The position numbers and the translations under genes are program-made. A DNA stretch of 64,000 nucleotides from Takakia lepidozioides (lineage: Eukaryota > Plantae > Bryophyta): positions 9,238,001 through 9,302,000 of the forward strand of contig CM060731.1 in assembly GCA_030704615.1 (NCBI GenBank), in the 5' to 3' direction. The notes below the pieces were generated by a model. The model was not told where the DNA came from, ran no database searches, and saw only the letters and a list, made by a program, of their open reading frames with translations. How positions within the stretch are numbered: the first letter of the stretch is position 1; each line of letters starts with the position of its first letter. Of the stretch, positions 26,372 to 39,118 are shown piece by piece.

Positions 26372-27452
26372 CAGGGGGATGCTTTTGCGTGAGCGTGAGC
26401 GGGCTCACGCCACATCATCAGTTATTGCCACGTTGGCTGACCGGTCTGACGCCACATCAGCCGACCTCGCCAGCGTGCCCGACGCCACGTCACGCCATGC
26501 CACGTCATTTTCATAGGCATGGCCCTATATCCGCGGACCGAACAGGAAAATGGGGGCCTATAGCCGCGGATTGCGTATTTGGCAGACATGGAACCATGTG
26601 TGGGCGACGAGGCGAGGTGCAGAAGAGAGTTTAGGGTTTGTTGGTGAATGTTGCAGAATGATAGTGTACGTAGAGACTGAAATGGTTATGGATGTATTAA
26701 TGTCCAGGTCATCAGTCTACAATGGTCCTCAGATGATTTAATGTCATGCTAAAGGAAGTATAGTGCTGAAATGGCTCGCAATGTGTCGACACTGAAGAGG
26801 ACAGCTAAAGAGGAGCGTGTTGCACACCAGAATGTTGCAGTAAGCACTCGGACAAAGTCGCAAAATGACAGATCAGTCTCACATCTGTTGTGTTGTCTTA
26901 TTCTACATTGTTGTCATCTGTCTACCTTTCCCCAAATGCCAGACATTCATTAAATCTTATCAAGTGCTTCAGGACGGATTTTAGGCACAATTTCTAAAGT
27001 TTGTGCAAACGACATTAATCGTTGTGCTTGGTTTCCATAAATGTTAGAATGACATCCTTGCTCAACATTCATCCACTCTATCATCCATTCACGATATTTC
27101 ATCCACATTTGTCCACAACTATTCATCCCCATTCATCCATACTAGCAGTGTCCCATCCACATTGGCTCTGCTTCATCCTCATTAACTCATCCACAACCAT
27201 TCTACACTGATGACAACAACGTAAAATACCACCACCTGACCACGCTAAACATGGGTTGGACTCCAATGCGTATTGCGGCCCCTGCCAGTGAGGTAGAAAT
27301 GTGCACCTGTATATTACGAGAGTACTGCAATTTTCATGGTTTTTCATCAGGACCATTATACAACAACATTCAAAATGAATTTGGCTCTCGTTTGTGCATG
27401 AGGAGGAATTTCGGGTCGTACAACATTGTGTAACAGAATTTGACAAAACGTC

Positions 27453-27882
27453 TGCCTTGTCCTTCTTGTTTGACCCATAACCAATGTTATGCATGAGGAT
27501 GTTGTCCTTGAACTTGCGCTGAAACCGAGAGTCCACCAATCATCCCCTAGGTGCCTTGTCTTCTTGTTTGACCCATAACCAATGTTAGGCATGAGGATCC
27601 CGCCTTTGAACTTGCGCGGAAACCGAGAGTCCATACACCATCCACTAGGTGCACTGTCTTCTTGTTTGAACCATAACCAATGTTACGCATGAGGATGTTG
27701 CCCTTGAACTTGGGTTGAACCCGAGAGTCCGCAAATCATCCCCTACGTGCCTTGTCTTCTTGTTTGACCCATAACCAATGTTAGGCATCAGGAGGCTGCC
27801 TTTGAACTTACGTTGGACCCGAGAGTCAATACATACATCATCCCCTAGGTGCCTTGTCTTCTTGTTTGACCCATAACCAACC
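27453..27882. repeat. Tandem repeat, ~100-bp unit, 4-5 copies
   Basis: Recurrent gccttgtcttcttgtttgacccataaccaatgttaggcatgaggat...gagagtcc...catcccctaggt. Confidence 0.9.
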
Positions 27883-28589
27883 ATTCGCTGTATATTACAA
27901 TCAAAGCATACAAAGCCAGGAGATCAAACTATCCACTGTATGAAGTGCATAGAAGCCACTGTCTGTAAATGCATACACGGCCCGAAAATGCCAGATTTGA
28001 ACCATCTTTTAACGACATTACAACAAACAGACACAAATTTTATTACAAAGTTGTGGAGGGACACAAAATGTCTGAAATTGTGAACATCACGAACCCACCC
28101 CAAAATGATGAATTTGCATTTCAGTCATTCATTCACTATCCCCTGAAACTTGTGCAGTATCATCGACGTTAACCTGAGCTCCGAGGTGCATGTTGTGCTT
28201 TCGAGCACATGGGGGAGATAACATGAAACTCTGTTGACGAGCAATGGCCTCAATGTAGTCGGTAGGATGTTATGAACGTGGAGGGCTGCACCACAAGTCA
28301 CTATGAATAAAAAGAGACATCGACCAAAGGAATAGCTCCAAATCTTGCCATCCAAAGAACCACATTGCATGAGTGTAGCTCCGCGTGAGCCTGCCGCGTG
28401 AGCCCAGGAGCTCGGCTCACGCTTTGCCCTCTAAGCGTGAGCCCAGGGGTTTAGTGGAGGAAGAAGCAGGCCTCATACCCGAGTCCTCTGTTTAAAAAGG
28501 TCCTATTGTCGTGGAAAGCAGTTATAGCGCTTAAAAAAAGAGGTATAGAAAGAATGGAATGGTCATTGTGAAAACTTACCGAGGTTTTT

Positions 28590-30045
28590 CTTATTGAAGA
28601 AGAGGTGAAAAAAAAAAGGCTGGGTGAGTCATCATGAATCTTACTGAGGGATTCTTGCATGAACAAGAGGCAAAAAAGATTGGATGCTCATTGTCAAGCT
28701 ATTGTCGTTTCCAGTATTTTCATCATGGTGATGGATGATGGATGGATGAAATATTGAAGGAGAGGTTAAAAATAATGAGGAATGGGCAAGAACAGGCCCC
28801 AACATATGACCCCTCATTGTGAAACAGACAATGGTTTTTTCTTAATATAGATGAGGTGAAAATTAAACAGATGTTGTCATCTTCAAGCTTATTTAGGCTT
28901 GTTTGTTGAAGATGTGTTATAAAAAATGAGCGGTTTATGTGGAACTTGTTCAGGTTTGTGTTATGAAGATGAGGTGAATAAAAATCAACACATGGTCATT
29001 GTGATTGCTTATTTAGGGTGTCTTTTGTGAAGAAGAGGTAAAAAAAAACATTGAGCTATCCTTGTGAAACTTGTTTAGGATTCTGTATTGAAGAAGAGGT
29101 GAACAAAAAATCAGATGGTCATCATGAATGCTTATATAGGGTTTTGGTTTGTGAAGAAGAGGTGAAAAAAAAAGTTAAGCTCTATCATGGCAAACTTGCT
29201 CAGGTTTCTTGTTATTGAAAAGAGGGTAAAAAAAGAAATCAGATGGATCATTATGAATGTTTATTAGGGTTTGGTGTGAAGAAGAGGGAAAAAATTGAGC
29301 TCTCATTCTCTAAAACTGGTAAGGGTTTCTGTTATTGAAGAAGAGGTGAAAAAAATATTAGATGGTCATCATGAATGCTTATTTAGGGTTTGTTTGTGAA
29401 GAAGAGGTGAAAAAAAAGTTGAGCTCTCATTGTCAAACTTCTTCAGGTTTCTGTTATTGAAGAAGAGGTGAAAAAAAAACCAGATGGTCATCATGAAGCT
29501 TTAGGGAATAAATTAGGGATTGTTTGTGAAGAAGAGGTGACAAAAAAACTTGAGCTCTACCATTGTCAAACTTCTTCAGGTTTCTATTATTGAAAAAGAG
29601 TGAAAAAAAACCATATGGGTCATCCATGAATGCTTATTTAGGGTTTGTTTGTGAAGATGAGGTGAAAAAAATTGAGCTATATCATTGTCAAACTTGTTTC
29701 AGGTTTCTGTTAATGAAAAAGAGGTGAATAAAAATCAGATGTCATCATGAATAAATTAGGGTTTGTTTGTGAAGAAGAGGTGAAAAAAAAAACTTGCGCT
29801 CTATCATTGTCAAATCTCTTCAGGTTTTCCTGGTATGAAGAAGAGGTGAAAAAAAATCATATGGTCATCATGAATGCTTATTTAGGGTTTGTTTGTATAG
29901 AGGACGTGGAAAACAACATGAGTTGTCATTGTGAAAACTGTTCATCGGTGCCTGTTATTCAAGAGAAGTGGACAAAAAAAACACAGATGGTCATCGTGAA
30001 CTCATTTACGCATGCTTCTGTAGAGGCGTGAAAAAATAAAAATGA
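28590..30045. repeat. AT-rich tandem array, ~59-bp subunits in a ~118-bp dimer
   Basis: Recurrent gaagaagaggtgaaaaaaaa followed alternately by atggtcatcatgaatgcttatttagggtttg and ttgagctctcattgtcaaacttcttcaggtttc. Confidence 0.9.
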
Positions 30046-30405
30046 GCTTTCATACTGACACTTGTCCATGTTTGGCAGGCTCGTTTCCTCTTTCCCCCTC
30101 GAATTTCAAAAATGGTTTGTTTTTTTTTTTTTTTTTTTCTTGTGATCTTTCCGTTTTTTTGCTTTGTGCTTAATTGTGGGGTGTCTTGGGGTTTAGCCGG
30201 GTGTGCCGCTTCTGACGCACTCCAATTTAACGAGCCTCGTGTACAACTTTAAACCCACGTATTTGAATTAAGTATCATAATACTTCCGTTCCTGACGACG
30301 ACCATTCGCTTGCTTGTTGACGATTTATAGAACTGTGTATCATCCATGTTCTTTATAAACAAGGCACCCTTTCCGACATTGCGAAAAATCGCAACATATG
30401 CAACA

Positions 30406-30810
30406 CTACTCGATATTGCCAATGTCTCGCTGCAAAAGTGTCTGTACCTCACCAGGACCTAGTGTCGCCTGGTGAATGATTTGGTCTCTTTTGGGATCAC
30501 AATACATCATGCGCAAAAAGATGTAGTAAAGATGCTTGCAGGGAACCCATTTCCCTCTCTTTCCTAGAGCTTCTTCACGCATGCACACGAAGTCGGGACA
30601 GGTACACTCCGGAAAATTTCCCACCGTCACCTGATAGGCCCTGTCGTGCAAAACGGACCCAGATGTGACCAAAGTATAAACCCGTCCATACCCAGATGAA
30701 GGTACTTCCATAGTTCCTGTTACCCGAGCCTGAAGTAGTCTGGCCGATTCCACCTTCGCATCGTGATCAGGCCTCGAAGCCACCCGATGCACTGTTTTGC
30801 CATTCCTTCT
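30406..30810 (-). pseudogene. 3' fragment (SWIM zinc finger) of a second MULE-type transposase
   Basis: YQVTVGNFPECTCPDF...VPCKHLYY (CxC-n-CxH). Clear paralogue of 31639-32139 (YTITISELPTCNCTDF...CPCKHLYY). Truncated at its 5' side near 30825. Confidence 0.8.
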
Positions 30811-31638
30811 CGTGGGATGCGAAGGAGGTTTACTATTTCATGAGCAGAAACCATGAGCCATGCCGCATGAGCCGCATGAGCGGTGAGCCGAAGTCTAAGA
30901 CACGCGGATTTCATGAGCGGAATCCTCCAATTTTGGAAATGCGGCAGATTAAACAAGTATTAAAATAATAGTTTTATATTTGACCTTGCCATTTTTGGAA
31001 GTTACGGATCCTGTAATGCGGCAAAGATATGTCGTCAGTAACAACTCCGCTCATGGTTTTTTAGATCCGCTCATGGAAATGAGTGACCGTGCAACGAGAA
31101 ATCCAGTATACCACGGCAAAAGGACGTCGCATACTGGCCTGTATAGAGTATTCCGCGGTTTTACATGCCTGGAATGAAGCTGACCCTTTTGCCGCGACTG
31201 AACCAATAGAGTCTGCACAATTCTATCATCTTCCAGTATTCGGCGGGAAAGTTTTGCAAGTGAACTAGGAAATGCGATGCCGCATTAGGGTTCGCACGTG
31301 CGAAATTTCTGGGTGGTTTGGTGTTGCTGACTGCCGCATCTACCAGTACCTACGATGTTACTTGGAAATGCGGTGCCGCATTTCCTTGCCGGGGGTCGAA
31401 TGAGGAAAGCAAAGTTTGGGAGAGCTGAAAAAACAGGAACCCTCCAACACACAAAAATACATGCACGTGGAAACACGAGTGAATGACATAGTATTATCGA
31501 CGTTCGAGCAAAACAGGTTACTGGAGGCAAGACATAAGTCGGACCTTTCTGTGGCCAGAGTCAGAGCTACTTGCAGCAGTACAGTTCTACTATCCGAAAA
31601 GGATGGGTGTACCATTGTGTTGGGACCGCAAGCCAAGG

Positions 31639-34600
31639 TCACTGGTCCCCTGGATCCATATTCAGAAGAGTGTGCACCTCTTGGGGGCTCAACCCTGGTG
31701 CATGTATGAAGTGATGAGTTGTGGAATTACACCGGAGTCTCTTTAGGTACACGTAGTACAGATGCTTGCAAGGGCAGTATGATGCCCCCTTGTTCGCCAT
31801 GATCTGAAAGTCGGTGCAATTGCAGGTGGGTAATTCTGAAATGGTGATGGTGTACACCTCATTGCGAATAGCTGAGCCTGCAGTGGCCATCTGATACACA
31901 CGCCCGAAGCCTGGTGGGGGCACTTCTGTCGAGCTCTGGATTGTACAGTTCATCCGAAGTGCATTCCCCATCCTCGTCTCGTTTACTTTTGAGGGAGGTC
32001 GCCGCCTCTTCGGTTTCCCCCAACGGTGTGTAGGATGCTTAGAGCTGTCGGGTCCCATTGTTCTTGCTCTCACAGGGGTCGGTGGTGGAGGCTGTGGAAG
32101 CGGAAATGGTTGTGTGGGGACGTCAGTGCACTGCACCATCCGAAATCCTGCGGCAGTAAGGGCGTCGGCCTCAACCTAACTCAGATCGCAGCCTGGTTCC
32201 ACCGGCCACACCGGGGGAGCCTCTGGCATTGTTTGTATGCCGTACTTGGGCTTTCCATACACGCAAGTCATAATGTCGTGCCTGCAGAACCAGAACTGGG
32301 TGGTTGTCGCCTCCGCAAACTTTGCATGGACAAATCTTCCTGTAAAAGTAGGAGTAGGGACAGCACCATCTGGATTCCTCCTTATCATCTCTAAACAACG
32401 TTGCTGTGTATCCACTCGAATTGCGGAACACCTGCCTCGAAACGACGGCTTTGTGCGAGCAATTCTCCACTGTGACGCAGACACAGTCGTCTCCACAATG
32501 GCTTGGCCATACTGCATAACAGGGGGCGGAATCTGGGGCAAGCGAGCGGTGGGAATTTCTCGCACGGAATCCCCGCTTGAAGGCGATGGCGATCTGGATT
32601 TTCTTGGGCTTCCACTGCTGGAAGACACATTGTGCGGCAACATGACGGGCCCTCGAGGTGCTGTCCAAATGTTCCTGTCGGATCTCTAGGAATCCTCTTC
32701 GCACCCGGGTTCCTCTTCAATCCTCTGCCTCACAGGGCGAGTACGGACGTCCCCCTCTAGGTGTTCACCTCTACGGTGCAGAGGCGTCCCTTTGATCTTC
32801 TCTCGCAATGTTATCGCCCATTTCAGTGGATTCTTCGACCTCGAAGCTATTCGCACCAACAATTCCTCCCTGTCCGGCCCAAAGCCCCATTGTTTCCCGC
32901 TCAGGAACTTGTAGTACGTGGCTTGCTGCATGATTGCTCTGTCGATGTCCTCCGTTGTGGCCATCACTACGTCCACCAGATGTGCGGCAGAAGACGCTCG
33001 CCAGGAGGAGTGCACTGATTCTGCCATATTCGTGTTCGGCATGTCCATGTCGGAATCCAAGCACCACTCCTACAAGGACACAGACAATGGTGAGGAACCA
33101 ATGGAAAGGTCCGTAATAGAAAGACAATTGCACGAAAATGACAGGATCATACCTCCCGCATGTACTGTCCGAACTGTCGATACCGGAAATGCCACCACCC
33201 CAACCAGCTGTGCAAGGCTCCCAGATTGGTTGTCTCCACTGCACCTGACGTGTTCCACCAAGCCTCGATGATAGCAAACTTAACCTCCGTGTCATCAAAT
33301 GTGGGTGCATCTCTCTTTCCCCTCCATTGGAACATTGGGGTCCTCACCGTACACACGCCGCACCGCTGCCCAGTTGGCTTGAGCGTTGTCTGCCATGAAT
33401 CCCCTGAAATTGGGCTCTGGCAATCCCGCCCTTGCCATCTGCTCGTTTATGCCCTCCCACAGATGCATCTCCGACTGTGTGTCCTCCCCTTTCATCTCGC
33501 AGATTGCAATCGTCATGAGCCTCTTGGAGTGATAGTCATAAACATGCGCACCCATAGTCACCCACTGATGGTTTGTAATTCGCTTGATGTGATCAAACAT
33601 CACCCAAGCATTCGACAGGTTTCCAGTTGTCATGCGAGTGACCAAGTCGACTCCACTCCCAGGCCCACACGTCGACATTTTAAAAATGTAACAACGATCG
33701 GATTCGCTGCCTTGCCCTGGAAACCTGCTACCTTGGATGTAGTCATATCCAGTCATTCATTTCACCTCCAGGATTGAGTGCATGTCCGACCCCTGGCCGA
33801 ACTCCTGCTTGCAAGATACGATGTGATTCCGCACATTCGGACTACAAACGTGCGAGACGGACTCCAACAGGTCAAGCATCTCCTTTTCGTTCAAGGGCAC
33901 TCGGTCTGAACCATCTTCAGACATGATTTTTCCAAGAGCAATCTTGTGGGCTGCCTTCAGCTGAATCTGCTTTGGTCTTGCTCCGGGGCTCAATTTCACC
34001 TCCTCTTTTATGATGTCGTGTGCTTCCTGCACAGCCTCACGCATGTTGCCTCTTGCCAAGGGGTGGCAGTGGACCCCAACGTGTATGCAAGCTCTAGTCA
34101 AGTCCGGGAGCAAATGGATTACGTAATATTGCTTGGCTCTGCACATGGACATGCACGTCGGTGGTTCTTTGCAATGTGCGCACTTGAAAGTACCCGCAGG
34201 AGCTTGGCTGGAGACAATGAATGGATGATGCGTTGTGCCAGTCCAATCCGTCTCGTTTCTCCGCCCTCCTTTGGAAAGAAAGTGGAAGCAGGCGGGATTC
34301 AGGCACCTTAGCTTCCCCGCACAGAGGACGTATCGTACACGAACACCATCAGCAATTTTCGTGCTACTGGTCTTCGTCACACACCAGGGGTGTCCGTCAT
34401 GCTTTCGATCCATGTCTGTTAACATCCCCGAGGCTTTGTTTGAGGAAGTGACAGGTGGAAACTCGAAGATGACATTGCCATCGACTTCGGGAGGTAGATA
34501 CGTTACCTTCCTGACCGGAAATTTGGCATAGTCGAGAGCAGCCAGCTCGGAGCGAGAACCATCGAGGTGATGTTGCCGTAGGAGCTGCACAATGGACCGG

Positions 34601-35142
34601 GTTGGAGTTATGCTCGAGAGTACTTGCGTAGCAGCTGCAGAGACGTCCATGTCGGATTTGAACGACCGTGTGGAGGACATGGGGACCTCAATGCACTCAT
34701 CTTCATCGTCAGAAATGTCGAATACGTCCACACGAGAAGCTATGGAGGGTCTTGACGGTCCAGGTCGGGAATTATTATCGTTGCATACCTCTCTGTTGGC
34801 AGTGGCCGCCTGTCGGTTTCCGGACTCCTTTGTGGATGGTGTGGGCAGCGACTGATTCAGAAAGGGAATGGGCATTCCCACAGCTCGGTATAGGATGGCG
34901 TCTGATGGGGGTACGTGCCATTCGATTCCGCAACCTCCGTCGTTACCTAGCACGACAATGGTCTCGTCAACCTGTCCAGGACCATCCTTCCTTTCTTCTT
35001 CCAAGTAAACTGTGCCCGGTTTGAGCTTGAATTTAGAACAAAGGTAAGTTTCAGTCACTCTGCAAAGTCCTCCCTCGTTTGGGATCCAGGCTCTCCCAAG
35101 TTGCGGAGGACAGCAAACAATAGCGTAGGAATTCGGAGCCAT
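31639..35142 (-). pseudogene. Mutator-like (MULE) transposase pseudogene: GCM-like Zn domain, DDE core, Cys-rich region, SWIM finger
   Basis: Likely ATG at 35142. GCM/WRKY-like pattern HDGHPW..T..VRYVLCAGKLRC.NPAC...CAHC...C...IHVGVHCHP. MULE-type core VMFDHIKR..., FMADNAQANWAAVRRVY, PNTNMAESVHSSW. SWIM at the C-terminus. Lesions: in-frame stops at 33757, 32686 and 32176, and a deletion/frameshift near 33310 where the CxxH motif is expected. One GT-AG intron at ~33071-33152. Confidence 0.8.
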
Positions 35143-35499
35143 CGAACACCGCACGAAGTTGGCAAGTGCGAGGTTCAGTATAGCGACAGACGAAGGCTCA
35201 CAGGCACCATGCGGAGTCCATCGACGATTGGAAGTCGCACATTGAAGTGGAAAGTATAGTTTCAAGCTACATGCATGAAGGTGGGAGGTGTGATTCCATA
35301 GCCAGTAAGTTAGACAATGATGGCCGAATCGGCGACGAAATAACATCTCCTGACAGTTTCTCCTAAGGGTGGATCCAGCAGTATTCTCGGTACAGACAGG
35401 AGCGTTCGCACTGACAAGTGCCAGGACTGTTAGTTAAAACGGTCAGACAACCTAGTTGTGCTCATCAAGACTGGCCGCAAATTCTGTTGTTTCGGAACA

Positions 35500-37129
35500 A
35501 TGCAACCCATTCAGGTTCAACATGCGGAAATGAGGTTTCAGATTTCCGTCCGGAGTGATTCTTTCGATTGGAGGGGCGGAAATTCCACCGATTGGTCTTG
35601 CGATATGATCATCTATTCCAGACGGAGAGCCTGTGGAAGGACTGCAAGCTTTGCCATCTTGGAACAGGTACTCCGAGGACTTTTGGAAGAAACGATTCGG
35701 GCTCGCCCGCATGGTGTTGGACGACAGAGGCTGTGTGGTTGTCCTGGCGAGCAGAGGCAAAAACACGCAGACAGGAATTGCGAAGTGGACCCGCAAGAGC
35801 GCCGTCCCAATTCTGAAGAAGAAGTGGACGTGCATCAACACATTGGGCCTTCGGTCGGAAGGGAAGAAGGTAATTACGACCTTGGCACTCGTCCTTTCAT
35901 TTTCTTAGGAGTCTTGAAATGCGGTGCCGCATTCGATTTCTAATCGTTCCCCACTGTGTATGCAGACGAAGCAGTTCGATGCATACTGCTTTGTGAAGGA
36001 GAACTCCACCTTTGCTTTCCGGAAGGAGGGATTGTTGGTTGACCCGAACTGCGACCCCATCGATTACGATGTCCTGTTCAACAACGTTCCCACGGAACTT
36101 CTCCCTCATAGCCTCACTTCAACTGAACCACTGCGGTATTCACGCACTCGGAGCCCTGCCTTCATTCAGACAATTATGGAGACATGCACTGACGTGGAGG
36201 GCACAGTGCTCGACCTCATCTGTGGGACAGGTATGCATAATCTTGTTGTATGTTTTTCTGCAAACTCTCGTTATGCTTTCATTCGCAACCTTCTGAAGGG
36301 CCATGTCATAATGTGTGGATGGCATTGTAACAGGTGCTCAATGTGGGCTGGGCGTTTTTCCGACCGGCACCTCTTTGCGTACGAGGAGGACACAGGCGTC
36401 TGGGGATCCCATCTGGAAGGGCTGCAACGGAATGTGAAGGCTCCCATCAAAGTCACAGACCCCTCGGATTTGTCGGAGTCGGAGGAAGAGACAGTGGACA
36501 TTGATGCCAAGGAGAACCCGGAATACGAGTGAGTGCAAACATTGTAAGTTTGCAAAGCCTTCTGGGTGATTTTTTTTGTCAAACGCATTTCCGGACTGTG
36601 GTTCTCATTGGTCTCTATGGTGATTGTTATATGCAGGATTGGAGGATCCGGGTCGAAACATGTAAGGCCTACACTTCCTGCCCGGAAGAATGTCCCGTTC
36701 TTTGCGAGGGCCGACTTCATGACGAGCCCGGTGAAGGACTACTCCCTTCCTAGTTATGCAGCTAAACTCGCAAATACAGCGATTAGACGATGTGAGAATC
36801 CCAGTAAAGTAGAGCAGATTTTGGAGAGGGCTAGGGAGGACAGAAGGATAAGGAAAGAGTTAGCAACAGCTGAGGCAGGTAGACGGGTGCGAAAGTTCAT
36901 ATGTGATTTAGCGGATGAGAGCGATGCAGACAGGGAGGACGACGAGCCAACGGAGGTGAGATGGTCGGTTCCGCAAGGTGAAATGGGATTTTCGAAAGCC
37001 TGGCCAACGACCAGTCCGCTGGAGATGAGAAAGGCGGGGTGGAGGCGGAGCAGGACAGTCAAGAACAGGCCGACAGTAGTGATGATTTTCAAGATTAATA
37101 CAATTTTAATGAACTCTCTGTACATTTAA
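35500..37129 (+). pseudogene. Spliced beta-class N4-cytosine/N6-adenine DNA methyltransferase-like gene with a C-terminal extension
   Basis: Exons ~35500-35869, 35966-36230, 36334-36528 and 36637-~37129 (GT-AG). N-terminal CDMII-[frameshift at ~35614]-IPDG...W..F....ARMVLDDRGCVVV fits the DLIITDPPY...RVLKxxG region. C-terminal RTRSPAFIQTIMETCTDVEGTVLDLICGTG...AGRFSDRHLFAYEED fits KPxxLxxxLIxxxTxxGDxVLDPFxGSG..AA...R..IGxExD. The exon 2/3 junction is 1 nt out of phase. Confidence 0.7.
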
Positions 37130-37235
37130 ATTCAATTCCAAAGTATATAAAATGAAATTCTCCCTGTCCTTCATGTCCCCTCTCCCATGTGCTTCTAAAC
37201 GACAACATCGTCCAAACCTGGTCCCTCCCAAAATC

Positions 37236-38282
37236 AAAAATGCGGCACCGCATTTCAATGTCTGAACGGAAATGTGACAACTGCAAAAACCTCGTTTGGA
37301 AATGCGGCACCACATTTCCAAAACCGGGGCAAGAACAAATTTCCGATTCATGGTTTGGACATCAGAAACTGTTCGGACAAACGGAAATGCGGTGCCGCAT
37401 TTCCGTTTCCGACACGACAGTTTTGCCGATTGGCAGCTCCTTCCATGGATGTAAATCGAAATGCGGAGGTCGAACATGGAAATGCGGCGCCGCATTTACC
37501 TTTTGGAGATGGTCATTTTTCCAACTGCAGACCTATCGACGTTCTTGGGCTCCCAATTCCATGATGCTAGACGGGAATGCGGCACCGCATTCCATTGTCC
37601 AATAAGAAATTTCGATGACGTACATGGAAATGCGACGCCGCATTAGCAAAAGGGACATCAATGTTTGCCCAATTCCAGACCCTTTGACCGAAATGCGGCA
37701 CCGCATTCCATCGTCCTATAAAAACTTACATTGTCCTATAAAAACTTTCAATTGCCCAACATGGGAAATGTGGCGCCGCATTTCCAAAACAGACATCGTT
37801 GTTTGTCCAATCCCAGACCCGTGTGGGCATTCCGTCTTGATGGACGGAAATGCGGCACCGCATTCCATTGTCCGATTCGGTATTTTGATGACAGACATGG
37901 AAATGCGGTGCCGCATTTCCAGAACTTCCATCGTTGTTTGTCCAATTCCAGACCCTTCGACGGAAATGCGGCACCGCATTCCATTGTGCTCTCCGGAAAT
38001 GCTGTGCCGCATTTCATTGTCCGGTACGAAATTTCGATGACGGACATGGAAATGCGGTGCCGCATTTCAAGTATGGACATGGACAAGCATTACCGACTGG
38101 ACATGCTTGGATAGTGTAAGGTCGAATATGGTGTTGCGGCGCCGCATTTCAAATTCGAAGTATGGTAATGCCATGTCAGGAAATGAAATGTTTTACAGCA
38201 TTTCCGTTACGACGACAGCGGAGGAAAGGGAGCTGCCAGAAAAAGCTTCATGGAGAAAATGGAATGCGGTGCCGAATTTTCG
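37236..38282. repeat. Array of ~15 palindromic 22-mers (GGAAATGCGG-CG/CA/TG-CCGCATTTCC) with variable spacers
   Basis: Copies start near 37236, 37298, 37383, 37478, 37573, 37626, 37690, 37765, 37846, 37899, 37962, 37995, 38048, 38134 and 38261. Spacers in the distal half alternate between two related types. Confidence 0.9.
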
Positions 38283-38557
38283 AGCTTCGGCGTGTACATG
38301 TTTCCTATAACTCGTACATGGATTTTCTTCACCTCAGGACTGTGATATCGCTGACTCTGGTATATTCAAATGGACAGACACATTGTAGAAATGAGACCTC
38401 AAATTGTAAAGAGTGGGCCAATTACGGCAGTTCTTGAACACGATGAAACACAAGCACACAGAAGTGAGGTACGATGGGTTGTTTTATTGATCGAACACGG
38501 GGTCTCACATTTAGCAGCTCCAGACAAATCTAAGCCCTTCCTCCTTCTACATGGGTG

Positions 38558-39118
38558 TCACCAAGTCGACGGAACTTCGATAGCCCTCAAAACTAGCTCA
38601 TTACTGATGCGGCATCTCGAGGTAAACTGCAATGCGGTCGATCTGGTGCCCTTGGTGGAGCTGACGATCATACCACCATCATACATCGACAAGGTCACTG
38701 TGGCCCTCCTGTGCCCATGCGATTCGTCTTCGCAACTTAGCCGAATGTCTCCATACACTGGAAAAGCGGAGTGAACTCCACGAATATAGTTTTCCCCGGT
38801 GCCGTCCTCCCTGGTCCACTGGCAGCAGTTCCAGCGCCAAAGTGAGGCCGTGCGTGATCTGTCCGGCATCCCATTCCACCTTGGTATATCGAGGTCAACA
38901 ATTTTCAGGACCCACGGACCGCATTGACCCTCGCCCTCACCTCGCTCAAAGCGGTAATAGCCCTCCAGATACTCCATTGCGCGCAAAGACTCCCGCTTGA
39001 TTCCAGATGCGTCTGTGAAAAGTGAAAGCCAGACAATGATGTCTCCTGATTGTGGTTTGAACATAGCATAATCGTGGCCATGATAAGGGCAGTCAGCAGG
39101 ATTTCGGCGGCACGGCAT
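38558..39118 (-). CDS. Orphan ~186-aa Cys/Trp/Gly-rich protein (copy Y1, intact)
   Basis: ATG at 39118. Coding status supported by a diverged paralogue at 39674-40237 with a conserved peptide (DCPYxGxDYAM, EYLxGxYxFERG, RWNCCQWT, YGDIR, ELVLRAxEVP). Confidence 0.7.
   Translation of the reverse strand: MPCRRNPADCPYHGHDYAMFKPQSGDIIVWLSLFTDASGIKRESLRAMEYLEGYYRFERGEGEGQCGPWVLKIVDLDIPRWNGMPDRSRTASLWRWNCCQWTREDGTGENYIRGVHSAFPVYGDIRLSCEDESHGHRRATVTLSMYDGGMIVSSTKGTRSTALQFTSRCRISNELVLRAIEVPSTW

Noticed and set aside
28590-30045. Interstitial telomere
   Set aside because: TTTAGGG occurs singly per unit, never as tandem heptamers.
37236-38282. CRISPR array
   Set aside because: Spacers are uneven in length and several repeat one another; eukaryotic context; no cas genes.
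37095-38310. Overlapping ORFs in the palindrome array (MRCRIS/CGTAF repeats)
   Set aside because: Artefacts of a repeated palindrome read in several frames on both strands.
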